Source of the DNA: Chiloscyllium plagiosum
Taxonomy: Eukaryota
Direction of reading: 5' to 3'
DNA: 64,000 nt
Assembly: GCF_004010195.1 (NCBI RefSeq)
Contig: NC_057726.1
Location: 49,189,978 to 49,253,977, forward strand
In this document: in pieces, positions 52,190-64,000 of the stretch
Numbering within the stretch: position 1 is the first letter of the stretch
Layout of the letters: each line of letters starts with the position of its first letter
The notes under the pieces: model-generated
What the model was told of the DNA's origin: nothing
What the model saw: the letters and a program-made list of their open reading frames with translations, nothing else
Databases searched by the model: none
Translations under genes and position numbers: made by a program

Positions 52190-54500
52190 TTTACCACTTC
52201 ATGCTTTCATTTTCACTTGTAAAACTTTCAAATATTCTTGCCCTACTTTACATGCTCCCATCAGTCTCCAGAAAACATTGACAATTATTCCAACATTGAG
52301 AACTTGTCTTTTTCTTCAAAAATTTCTTTCTAGTCAAGTTCAGTTGACTTCTAATCTTATGACTATAAATCAATTCAAGTAGACTAAGTCCAGTAAATTC
52401 ATTTAAGGAATCCCTGGCAGCAAGTAGTAAGAAAGCTAATCCTTTCTCCCAGTCCCACAGGTATTTGTCAAACCATGCTACAGTCAAAGTTTTGAGAGTC
52501 TGATGGTATCTCTCCAAAGCTGCTTGTGTTCGCAGATGATAAGGAGTTAACTTAATTGTTTTACACACAAACTGCTAATGATTTCTGAGAAAACATTAGA
52601 CATACCATCTGATAAGGGTTCTAATTTTATCTCAATTGGTAGTCCTTCACAAGTTTAAAAGAAATTGCATTATTTTTTTCCATCACTATCCTAGCTATAG
52701 TTGCCCTTAAAAGAATAGCTTCCGGGAATTGGCTTGCCATACCCATGATTAAAAGGATATACTGAGGCCCTGTTTTGAGTAATCATCCTACACAATCCAC
52801 AAACGCTAGACTGAATGGTTTTTGATATAGGTATCATTGATGCTGGTTTGATTGCATGTTGAGGTTTTCCAACCATCTGACATGTTTTACACAACTACAC
52901 TTTATCTTTATGAAGTCCTGGCCATGTAAAATACTTGTTTATTGATGCCTGCATGCTCTGTATTCTCAAGTACCCTATCACAGAAATTTCATGTGCTAAT
53001 CTCAATAGGTCTTCACGATATCTGGCAGTACCACTATTTGATGAACAATTGTCCAATTTTTGTCCATGGGGCTGTGAACATATCTCCAGTTTTTCATCAG
53101 AACTTAGTTTTCAATATTATAAAACTCATTCACTCTCAGCTTCAGTGTGAATTGTCTGTGCTAACTTATTTAACTCTGGAGCTGCTTTCCATGCTGCAGT
53201 TAACAAAGATATGCCAAGCACTTTGTAATATTCTAATGCTTAAACAGAATTTCATTCATCATAACATCTACTTGTGGTATCACTCTGCCCATTATACACT
53301 ATATAAAGATACATAGAATCTATAATTTCAACTTTTGTTTCTTTAGCCTCAACTGAATTGTCTTTGATCATAGACAAATTTCACTCCTGTTAACTCATTT
53401 CCCAAATGTAAATCAACTCCATTGGTTGGTAATTTCTTAACTGCCCTGATTATCACCAGTGAAGACATACTCCAGTACAATGGAACTAGGATATACTCGC
53501 CATCTATCCCATTTGTCAATACTTTGACTTTCATTGAACTCTCTGAAGATAAAACCAAATTCTTCTCCACCAAGAGTTTGAGTAGCCCCTGTAGTTCCTC
53601 ACATAGTTGTGGGCTTGGATTCTTCCTTCAAGAAAAAGGGGTTAGCTTCTCTTTTAGATAAGCCCTTCATATCTTTCATCTAACCTATATACTTTGTTTA
53701 CACTCACAGCAGTATTTATCTCTGGTCTCTTAAGCTGTGGTTGAAGCTACAATCTGTTCTGTGATATTTTCCTCATAAGGCATGAGTCTCCTATGGGACT
53801 GATTCTTATGAGAGACAATAAGTCCCATGGGTTTTCTTCACAACTTCCAACATTCTGAATGAATATGTCCTGTCATCTTGTGATGAAAACATCTTGTCAT
53901 CCAATTTTCACCTCCACCCTCAGTACTTTCCCTACAGATTTGAGGAGGAGACCTTAGTGTTCCCAGCTATTCATTCCTTACCTTGGCTATTTGCCTTCCT
54001 TTCACTTTCCCATTTTTGCATTCCTTTGAAACTTGCGTGGATAATGGAAAACGCATTCATGATCTGGATTAGCTCATGATCATCAGCCATTATTGCTGCC
54101 TGTCCAGCTGTTGCAACTCTTTGGTCCTCAACATGGGTTATTATTATGGAAAGTAATGGGTTTTTAAATTCTTGTCGGAACATAGTTTTTCTAAGAGTTT
54201 CGTATGTGGTTTCATACGTCCAAATCCACCTGCCAAAAGTACTTTGCTTAACCTTTTCAAATTCAGTATAGGTTTGGCCTGGCTGCTTCTTTAAATTACA
54301 GAATATTTGCCTATGTGGATCAGGTACGAACTGATTTGCAGTCAGTGTGGTTTATTTTTATAGCATTGTTATCCCAACAAACTTTCACTCACAGGGAAGT
54401 GTAAATTTCCTGTGCTTTACCTGTCAATGAACTCTGCATGAGCAATGTCCATCCTCTTGTGCCCAATTAATTTGTCTAGCCATTTTCTCAAATGGTCTGA
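52190..54500 (-). mobile_element. Decayed Gmr1-like Gypsy LTR retrotransposon (gag-protease-integrase)
   Basis: gag remnants FEKMARQINW, GKAQEIY, NLKKQPGQTYTEFE and AAIMADDHEL; protease-like LHLGNELTG; integrase CKTCQMVGKP and ALERYHQTLKT..WEKGLAFLLLAARDS..TGLS. Confidence 0.8.
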
Positions 54501-55764
54501 AGGGCCTGTGCAATTCTAAACATTCCCTTATTGGACTTCAAATTATGACTCACATTCACCCCACCAGAGCCTGCACCTGATATCTCCTGTTTCAATTATT
54601 ATTTTAAACTTGTATTTACATTTTCTCTCTTCCCTTACTTTTCTCAATTCTAGTTATAGTTTTCTCATTCCCATTCTTATCAATTCCATTATGATCTCCC
54701 TTTTCTTCTCACTCTGTGCCATCTCTATCTTAAATTTCACCTCATGATAAAGCTGCTTTAATCATAATTGAATATCATCTGATTCTGCTATTTCCCCACC
54801 TGGAGTACTGCTTTCTTTTGTGTTTCCTCTAAGCCCAATTATGAACCATCAACTTATGATTCCACACGTCAAAATTCTAATCCCCTTATAAACACCCCCT
54901 TTCATGCATATGCGAACGCACACACATGCACACACAAAACGCACACAAACAAGTAAAAGAAACACATGTGTGATGAGTGGAGGAAAAGTCTGGACTTTGT
55001 AAGAGCCACCACTAGGTGCAACTGCCGAGGAAAAAATAAACCAGCTTTCTTCAGCCTTAAGTTGGTTTTTGCTACAGAGAAAAGAGACAGCTCCTCACCT
55101 TGCAGCGACCTGATAGCTTCTCCCAGGCAGTCACATAGATGTTGTCAGGCAGAGACCTTTGCTATTGAGCTTTGGTCTAGTGAGCATTTATCAATCAGTT
55201 ACTTGTTGCTGGTTAAGCCTCCAGTGATACACAGCCCACTTGCTCCAGCACCTAAGTTTCTACTATTGCTTGAACTGGAATTATGTGAACAACACTTAAA
55301 TGGATGTCAGGTTACTTGCTTTTAAAAAACAGCAATCCTTCCATGACTCCTGGTTTTTAAAACCGTTCATTTCCCATTTAGGTTCACAATAAAATAAAAA
55401 TATACTGTTTTTACACTTGATATGGATTCTACAACATGGCAACAATTTATATATTTTTTAAAAATCATATGAAATATATTTTGTAAAAGCAGTGGGAGAA
55501 AAAGGAATGTTGTGTTTAAATTCATTGTGTTAAGTACAAAATGCAGGGATGTCTAAAAAGGAAAACACAGTGTACTAGTCTGACTTTAAAAAATGCTTCT
55601 TAAATGAAAAGTACAACTGTCTGATGAGAAATGAAAGTTGTGTTCTACTTTTTTATCAGAATTCAAGCCCCTTTGTGGAAATAATGTTCAGTGTCTTGTG
55701 TTCTTGGATGTTGTTTCAGTGGCTGCACAGATATTAAAGCTGATTTGCTTGTAATTCTGCACAG

Positions 55765-55896
55765 GTCTGGAAAAAATGTAGAATGCGCATTTTCACTGTA
55801 GCCCAAATGGATGACAATAGTATTCAAATGAAAAAGGATCTTGCAACATTTCTTTATCATCTGCGCATTGAAGCAGAAGTTGAAGTCGTTGAAATG
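55765..55896 (+). CDS. slc12a4: KCC1 coding exon (~exon 20)
   Basis: GCACAG|...|GTAAGG; 132 nt; [44 protein letters not shown]. Confidence 0.95.
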
Positions 55897-55936
55897 GTAA
55901 GGAGCAAACCTGGGAGGACACAGTCTGCAGAATTAA

Positions 55937-56209
<273 letters not shown>

Positions 56210-56382
56210 TAAATATTCTCAAACTAAGTTTATTGATTTTTGGTTTTGTTTTTGAACTTGTTCCATGACTGTCACATTTTGAAACAAACTACCTCTTTGA
56301 AGATATCTTTAAAATATTATGATCTCAGCTGATGGCAACACTGGACGAATCAGATCCTAGAAGGAAACCTGACTTGACAATA

Positions 56383-56384
<2 letters not shown>

Positions 56385-56426
<42 letters not shown>
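56385..56426. repeat. (TTA)14 microsatellite
   Basis: Direct reading. Confidence 0.95.
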
Positions 56427-56429
<3 letters not shown>

Positions 56430-59335
56430 TTTAATTTTTGCAGTTAATTAACATAATGGCTAGTTACTGAAACTTTGAGGGTGAAGATCTTCTTTAACAA
56501 TATAATGTAAGTTTATTACAGAAAAGAAGAAATAAACAACAAAGTCGTGAAGTTAGAAGGCAGTTAGAAAGATCTTAACATTAACATCAAAATGAAGTTA
56601 CAACACCAGCAGTATCCATTTAATTTCTAGATAGAATAGTCAGAGACAGAAAAAGAAACCTTCGTCCTTTGCATCCGTGTGATATTGCTACAGTCATAGT
56701 ACATTGTTATAGACAATCACTCGTAGAGAAATGTCACTCCTAATAGTTGAGACCATTTTTTAATGATTCCTTTGAGTCTGCTGGGATGAACGTCTCTAAA
56801 TTTTGGATTTGAACTTTCTCAGTTCTAACGATGTGACAATTTCTAACCTAGCTGTCCTAACTAGAGACCAGTGCTGTTCAGATAACTGGTTCCCTTGAAA
56901 TGACTTGATTCTCCTGCTAGGATAAACTGTCCTACCTTCTGAATTAAGCTCTGGGCTCTGCTGAACCATAAGCTTGAATCTGTGTTCTGAAGTCAAAGCT
57001 AAACTAATTACCTTAATGTGTTTACTTATCATTCCCCATATTAAATGATGATATATGGTGTGGATATGACATCTTTGTCTTCAGAAGCATGCAGGTCCTC
57101 ATCTAATTTGGATATATTACAGCATTCAAACCACGGTGTCTGTCTGTGAGATATTTTGTTTGTTGAAAGCCCTGCTCACTTGATTTTAATGACTTTACAA
57201 AAAGGTGGTTTACTTGATGGAGACTGCTCTCGGTTCAAACCCTTTATGTAATTGTAATTAGTAACAAAGTGTTTTCTAGTTTCCAAATTGAGGTACAGGT
57301 GCTTCTCAAACTGAGCAGTTACACTTGCAAACAAGCTTGATTGAGTAGTTTATAGACTCTACAATCATAATACGTTGTTTTCCTTCTGTGATTCCAAAGG
57401 GCAAAAGGCTGGGAGTAATGAGGGTGCATGTATGAATAAAATCGAACGTCAGTTTCTGTTTCCATTCTGACAATGGCACTTTGGGTTATAACAAACACAA
57501 TGTTTTGCATATGTTATACCATTCTGTTTCAGAAATGTAACTTCCCTAGGACTTGAGATCATTGCTGTCCACTGCTATATAATGTGTAGCCTTGAATGCA
57601 AATAACCAACCAGGTTCTCTTTGTTTCAAATACATGGTCACTTAATCTGTGCCATATATATTTTGGGTCTGTGATCCTCGTGACACCCAGAGGTCAGGCT
57701 CCTTTTATTGGAGTACAGCTATTAGATTGAGAAGTTGGCATTAGGCTCTGAGCACAATCCTATAATACAAAATTCCTGTCTGTCTACCTTGGCTTTTGGT
57801 AAAAATGCAGGATTCCTATTGCTAGCATCATACAGTCAGGCTATTCCATTGTAAAATATCTCTGCTTGCCTGTACTCTTTATCGTGGATTAATTATGGAT
57901 CTGGTAACAATAATGATTATGTTAGTTGTTTTAATTTTTTATTTACATATACATAGCAATTAGTTCAAACAGTCAGGAAAGCCCAGTTACAGATGATCAA
58001 GAGCCAGGAACTGATTATAAGTAGAGATTTGGCAAGCAACAAGTGGCTGGCTGAATGATAATTGATCATGGTTTCTCAGATCAATGACAGTGGCCTTCTA
58101 CGTGGCAAGATTGATTCCCAGGCAACTGAACAAATCAGGGCAAACATGTTCAGGTCAGAAGCAATCAGACCTCCAGAAAGCAACGATCTGTATTTAGATT
58201 TGTGGGCATTAATTGAATTCCATGTGTCGTTAGTGTCTGGCCTTGTCATCTGTTGTTTCCTCTAGGGATAATGGAGGAATTGAATCCACAATTCCAACTA
58301 AACTTAGTTTCTTGTTTTTACAAAGATAACCTTTAAAATACAGTTTTTCAAAATTCATTAAACTGTCATGGAAACACTTTTATAATAGGACTGAAGTTTG
58401 TATCATTACCATCAGCAACAGAATTGCAATCCTTCACAAGCTGTAACTTCATGGCCTATCATATCTACCTTCTAACTGCTGACCTGTGAACAATGGATGT
58501 TGTGATATCATACCCAAGTGCCCAGCAATGACCATCATCCATTAAGAGCAGCTATAACCATCTTATCTCTATATTCAATGACATCACCATTGACGAGAGG
58601 TCTGTCTGCACTAGACATGCCAAAACTGTTGCTAAAACTGCATGTCAAAGGCTGCAAACTCTGTTATATGTGATTCAGCATCTGACTCCCTACAATTATT
58701 TACAAGACAAAAGTTATGACTGTGAAGGCGCTTTCTCCACACATTTAGTTAAGTGTATCTCCAAATGCAAAGGAAAGTAACACAATTCAAGGCAAAGCAA
58801 TTAACTGTGTTCTATTTCAGAAAGCCAGTATACATCTCTAAACAAACTCTCTAAACACTCAATAATACAGTTCACATGCTTAACTGGCACATTATCCACC
58901 ACCTTAAATATTAATTTCATGCACTACCAATGCACAATTGTGGGTGTAAGACATAATGTAACTTTATGGTAGCTTCAAGAACACCCTGCAAACCTTTTAG
59001 CCACCTAAAATAGCAAGGCAAATGGTCATATAGGAACCCAGCCATCTGCTAGTTGTTGTCTTCAGTCATGCACTTTCCTGATTTAATTATATTGCTGGCC
59101 TTTCACCTGTCACTGATTCCAAAACCTGAAATCCCCAAACTCTGTCCCTGACCAATATCTCCCCTTAACTTAGAATTCTGGGTGTACATGCAACATTTCA
59201 AGACACAACCTTCCATGACCTCTTGCAAGCATTTAGCAATAGGAGTAAACGCTGACCTTGCCAGCAATGCCTATTCCTCCGAATGAATTAAAAGCAAATA
59301 TAGTTAGAAATTCCATTTTGCTTGCTTACTTCCAG

Positions 59336-59523
59336 GCTCAATTAGTAAAGGACAGGAATTCAATAATTCATCAAGGAATTGTTTACTCGGATGAAGAAGA
59401 GGAGATACATGTTTACCCTGACAGAATACAGATGACATGGACAAAAGAAAAATGCGAGTCTGAAAGAAATCGCACTCGAGCCGCCACACCAAACAGTTTC
59501 AGAGAATTAATCAGTATTAAACC
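59336..59523 (+). CDS. slc12a4: KCC1 coding exon (~exon 22; contains phospho-site 2 motif QMTWT)
   Basis: TTCCAG|...|GTAAGT; 188 nt; AQLVKDRNSII...YSDEEEE...IQMTWTKEK...FRELISIK(P). Confidence 0.93.
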
Positions 59524-61379
59524 GTAAGTGTCAGTCCTGTCCCTTGGGAGACTATTTATGTGAATTATAAATGTTAAGTTTCCTCTTAATGTATTGTTGA
59601 ACCATCAGCTAGTTATACCTTTTTTTCCCTGGCTGATCATTTAGAATTGTGAGGAACAACCATTCTTTTGTTAGTATTCCTAAACCTGCTAATAGTATCA
59701 AAGTCATTAAATTATATTGTTCAATAGTGACACCAAATTTTATAGACTAGTCATTGTATAAAGTTTGATTACTGTGGTTGCACTGGAACCTAGTTTTTTT
59801 TTAAACTGCCATCACGTGACTCTTGCGAAACTGTAAACTGCACTTGCCAAATGTGATTTCAACCCATAGTTCAGTTTATAAGTTAATTACTGGAACACTG
59901 ATTGTGGAAATAGAGGAATTGTCACATTAACCATGATGCATTGATTTGATTTGTTGGTTTGCTTTCTTCATTCATTGGTCCTTGAATTCTAGAATGCGAA
60001 GTTATAAGCCATTGCCCTGTTTTAGTGGTTGATGTTTGGTCAGTTAGTCAAGTTGTAACTTTGAGTAATTTGAGAATAGCTTGTCGCCAGGTTATTTTAT
60101 GGCTGGGAGGTAGAATTACAGAAGATTATAGTATAGAAACATGCCATTCAGTTTATCCAGTCTAGGCTTGCCTTTTCTTTCATAAGTCTCTTCTTTCAAT
60201 CACACTACCTTGTTCTCATGATCTAATATTTTACTCCTTATAAACAATTGTCTAGGTCTCTGTAAATAATATTTCTGTACTCCACATCAGCAATAGTTAA
60301 TATCTGAATTCTATTTTTAATATTAGTATGGAAAAATATCTGAGCTCTAATTTACTGTTTGATTATTTATCTAAACCTGGGTTCCTACTTACCACCTTGC
60401 TGAAAAACAATCCATCACTCAGTTTTAATCCACCTGTGTGGACATGTTATGACACACCTCCATAGCTAGTGCAACTTGAACCTTGAACTCCTGGCTCAAA
60501 GAACCCCATGCATCACTGTTTATCTTTATATAGTTATCAGTGTAATCATGAACATCTCCATCAGCTCATCCCTTATTCTTCCTGGTTTTCCTGAAAAAAA
60601 GGATTAGTTTCACACCTCTCATTTCAGGTAATATTTAGAATATTGACACCTTTTTATTTTATTTACATTTCTTCAATAGGGTTCCTAAGACAACCACAAT
60701 ATTTCAATTAATGCACAATAATTTGATCAATTAATAAACATTTCAAAACTAGAAAAATTTATAAAGTGCCAATAACATGTTACCACTTATTTAAGTTTTT
60801 GGAATAAGACCAAATTTTATTTGTTGTTAGTGCTTCTGAATGGGAATTGGCATATTTGTACTTGGCTTATGAATATCATGGAAGCATTGTTATTTTGGAG
60901 TTTTTTTAAGGTTAGCTGACACCTCAAGTCAGTGCTACTTGCTGCTCCATTAGAAAGTTAAGAGGGTGATTCACTGAATCTGCAGTTACATTGCTCTAAT
61001 TTATTTTCCTTAATTATATCTCTTGGAGCTTTACATTGACTGAAGTCATCTGAATTTCGCAAAAACAAAACCAATATGTTCTGGAGTTCTGCTTTGACCT
61101 TTTTCCTATGAGCAGAATTTACCCCACCCAAATAATTTGAATGTTATCAATCGGCCTCTTGCCTTCCATAAATATTTAATAGAAACATGGTGAAATATAC
61201 ACAGCAATGGTTTTCACATGTACGGTATTCTGACAGTATCTCTCACCTCCCTCTTCCAATGTTGCTAAATTATCACATTGCTCGCGTCCAGTGCTGGCTG
61301 AACAGAAATTGTTTTCAATTAAGTATTAGGAATACTTAAACCATTGATTTTGGGCATACTCCAAACTCTGTCTCCAGCT

Positions 61380-61975
61380 ACTAACTGTCATCCATTTCCC
61401 TAGTAGCAGTCTGAGAAACAGCTAATCAGTTTGTTAACTTGGTGTCACATTTGAGTATGTAATAAACTTCACCATTAAATGCATCGGTTTTTATCTCTGT
61501 ATCAGCATCTGATGACCACTCTATATTCACTCATCTGTAACTGAAATACTCGTTCATTTATTATCTCCAGACTTGACTATTCTAATGCACTCCTGGCTGC
61601 TCTCCCATATTCCACCTCCACAAACCTGAGATTATCCAAAATTCTGCTGCCCATGTCCTTGCCAAGTCTTTTTTTCCCCCTTAATGTCACTCTGTTCACT
61701 GACCTACGTTGGCCCTTGATCAAGCAACAACTTGTGTTCCAGTCACTCTTTGGCATTGTTCTTTTCTTAAAATTTTCTGCAGCCAAACAATTGAGGTACT
61801 GGTACTTCTCAATTTCTGGTCCCATAACCGCCTCAACTTTATTTGCTCCGCCATTGACATCCATGTCATCAGTTGTCTAGGCTGTAAACTTTGGAATAAC
61901 CTCCCTACACCTTGCTGTCTTTCTCCCCTCACTGTCCTCCTTAACCTATCACTTTGACCAAGGTTTTGGTGGTTA
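61380..61975 (+). mobile_element. L2-type LINE fragment
   Basis: SRLDYSNALLAALP...KPEIIQNSAA remnant at ~61566-61650. Confidence 0.75.
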
Positions 61976-62152
61976 TTCTAAAGACACTATAATTTCTGAT
62001 GGTTCCAACCAACTTGCGTTTATACAGTTTGACTGCAGTCTCCAGTACTGTGGTTGTTATTAGCTGAAATAATTTCTTAACTTTATCATAACTTGATGTC
62101 ATTAGCATTCTTTCTAATGTGTTGAACTCAGATGTTGGTTACCTTTTTTCAG

Positions 62153-62286
62153 GGACCAGTCAAACGTAAGGAGAATGCACACAGCAGTGAAACTGAATGA
62201 AGTCATTGTAAATAAGTCTCACGATGCCAGACTGGTTTTGCTAAACATGCCTGGACCACCAAAAAATCAAGATGGAGATGAAAACT
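62153..62286 (+). CDS. slc12a4: KCC1 coding exon (~exon 23), followed by a U12-type intron; final exon outside window
   Basis: TTTCAG|...|GTATCCTTT; 134 nt; [44 protein letters not shown]. Confidence 0.95.
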
Positions 62287-64000
62287 GTATCCTTTTGTGT
62301 AACATCCTTTCCGCAAATAGTCTTGCAAAAATGGCTTTCCAAATAATAAATCATCATCATTCTAGTCGAGGTTCTTCATGTCTAAACTGATCAGAGCTGT
62401 ATTTTTAACATCTGAACAATTTAGGTTTTTTCCCTCAGAAGATTTTCTAAAAGGTTCCAGTGATCTGTTTTTCCAGATTGTGTTATTTAGAAATCAAAAG
62501 ATAATTAACTGGATGTTCTATGCTTGAATAGAAAATTGACTGGACACAGTATGCTGTCTAAGTGAAGTCTGCCAAACTAGCCTTCAAACAAGAGTCATCC
62601 ACGTTAACTCTGCTATCTTCCCAAAGATGCTGCCAGATCTGCTGAGTTTTGCCAGTGATTAATGTTATTGTTTTCAAAAATTGCTTATCCACGTAGATGA
62701 TTCAAATGCCAAGGTTTGTTTCCCTAATTTCTAATATTCACTGTCCACTTGTTTTCACTTTCATCTTGGATTTCTTAAACTGAAGAAAGTGCCTGTACTG
62801 CATTCAAGTCAACTCCAACTTCAGTGGTGCTTTGCTGCTACTCGTTTGAAATTTTTACTTGGTTACTCTGACCACTTTTCAGCCGCTGACCATTTTATTT
62901 ATATTACATTCTATGGATTTCTTTAAGTTTGGTTGCAGACTGTTGTAGGAAAAAATATCAAAAAAAAGTCTTAAATTCTGTGTTCCATAGTAAAGGAGAT
63001 TTTTATTCAGATACCTTTTGCCACATATGTGGGAGAGGCCAGAGATCACACTGAAATTGGCTTTCATGTTGGGCCCAGTTGCACGTTTAACTATAGCTCA
63101 GATCTGAAGTCAATGATGTTCTGAGTTTCCCAACAAAATACAATATTTTTATCCCTTTTGTATTACATTACATGCAACATTGATATCATAGTTAGCCACA
63201 TCTTCCTAATCTATAAATCCAATCCAGTAAACATATAAACAATGATTGCCAACTAGCCCTAGGTATCGATAGCCCTAGGTCTTCCCATAAACTCATGATG
63301 TCTACAAGATAGCTCTATCAACTGTCTTTGGAATCTTACAATGCTTCTGACCATTTTATTCTTTCCAGGATATCTGCTAGCTACACTGCATTATTTGAAA
63401 AATGTGATGCTGGAAAAACACAGCAGGCCAGGCAGCATCCGAGGAGCAGGAGAATCAATGTTTCGGGCATAAGTCCTTCAGAGACCCTGAAGAAGGGCTT
63501 ATGCCCAAACCGTCGATTCTCCTCCTGCTCTGATGCTGCGGGCCTGCTGTGTCTTTCCAGCATCACATTTTTCAACTCTGGTCTCCAGCATCTGCAGTCC
63601 TCACTTTCTCCACACTGCATTATTTACCAATAACTTATTTAGTTGCTTTTCACTAAGAACTGTTCCAAATTCTGTACTAATGTCAGCATGGCAGATAAGA
63701 AAGGAGATTTAATTTCTAACAATTGTTATAAAGTCTTTAAAATCAACTCAAACATAAAATTACTGTGACGCAGATGACCATTTGAGAACAACCCCTCTCT
63801 CACTTCAACCTGAGAGATCAAATACAAGTCCTTCTGACTTGCAACTGCAGTTTACGACACCAGTTATTTATATGCTATAAGTTGATTTTAACCTCGTCTG
63901 TTTAATTAAAATCTTTACTCTTAAACACTTCCCTTTACTAATTATATTTTCTTAATAAAAGCATCTATTCAAATTCCACTGTTGAGTGAAATTTAACCAC
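62287..64000 (+). other. Second U12-type intron (5' part; acceptor beyond window)
   Basis: Donor GTATCCTTT at 62287 directly after ...GAT GAA AAC T. Confidence 0.88.
63397..63611. mobile_element. Fold-back Penelope-like repeat (family 1) with two opposed hammerhead-like cores and TSD
   Basis: CTGAAGA-A-GGGC(TTAT)GCCC-AAAC-CG-TC-GATTC at 63487-63519; antisense core at ~63450-63481; TSD ACACTGCATTATTT at 63383-63396 and 63612-63625. Confidence 0.8.

Noticed and set aside
59524..62152. KCC2/KCC4-type 15-nt microexon (EWENL-like)
   Set aside because: No candidate with valid splice signals was found by eye, and exons 22 and 23 join in frame without it.
63355..63400. TTCTTTCCAG|GATATC as acceptor of the last KCC exon
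   Set aside because: The downstream sequence does not encode the expected YMEFLEVL... terminus and runs into a repeat.

Overview
AT-rich, repeat-dense vertebrate genomic DNA, most likely from a shark or other cartilaginous fish. That assignment is inferred from HE1-like tRNA-SINEs and abundant CR1-type LINEs. The window lies inside one + strand gene for a K+/Cl- cotransporter that best matches KCC1/slc12a4. I traced 20 coding exons from 2655 to 62286 (2824 nt, an uninterrupted frame of 941 codons + 1 nt). They correspond to exons 4-23 of the usual 24-exon KCC layout; the first three exons and the last exon fall outside the window. Two introns have U12-type (minor spliceosome) GTATCCTTT donors. 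The introns hold CR1/L2 LINE fragments, SINEs, a young 5'-truncated Tx1/L1-clade LINE with a target-site duplication (TSD) and a decayed Gmr1-like Gypsy element. They also hold many short Penelope-like repeats. The most interesting signal is that three different families of these short repeats, often fold-back and TSD-flanked, carry a minimal hammerhead-ribozyme core (CTGANGA-stem II-GAAA-NN-TH); every individual copy has core lesions. One such insertion duplicated the exon 15 splice donor. Repeat boundaries are approximate and family names come from pattern recognition, not database searches.
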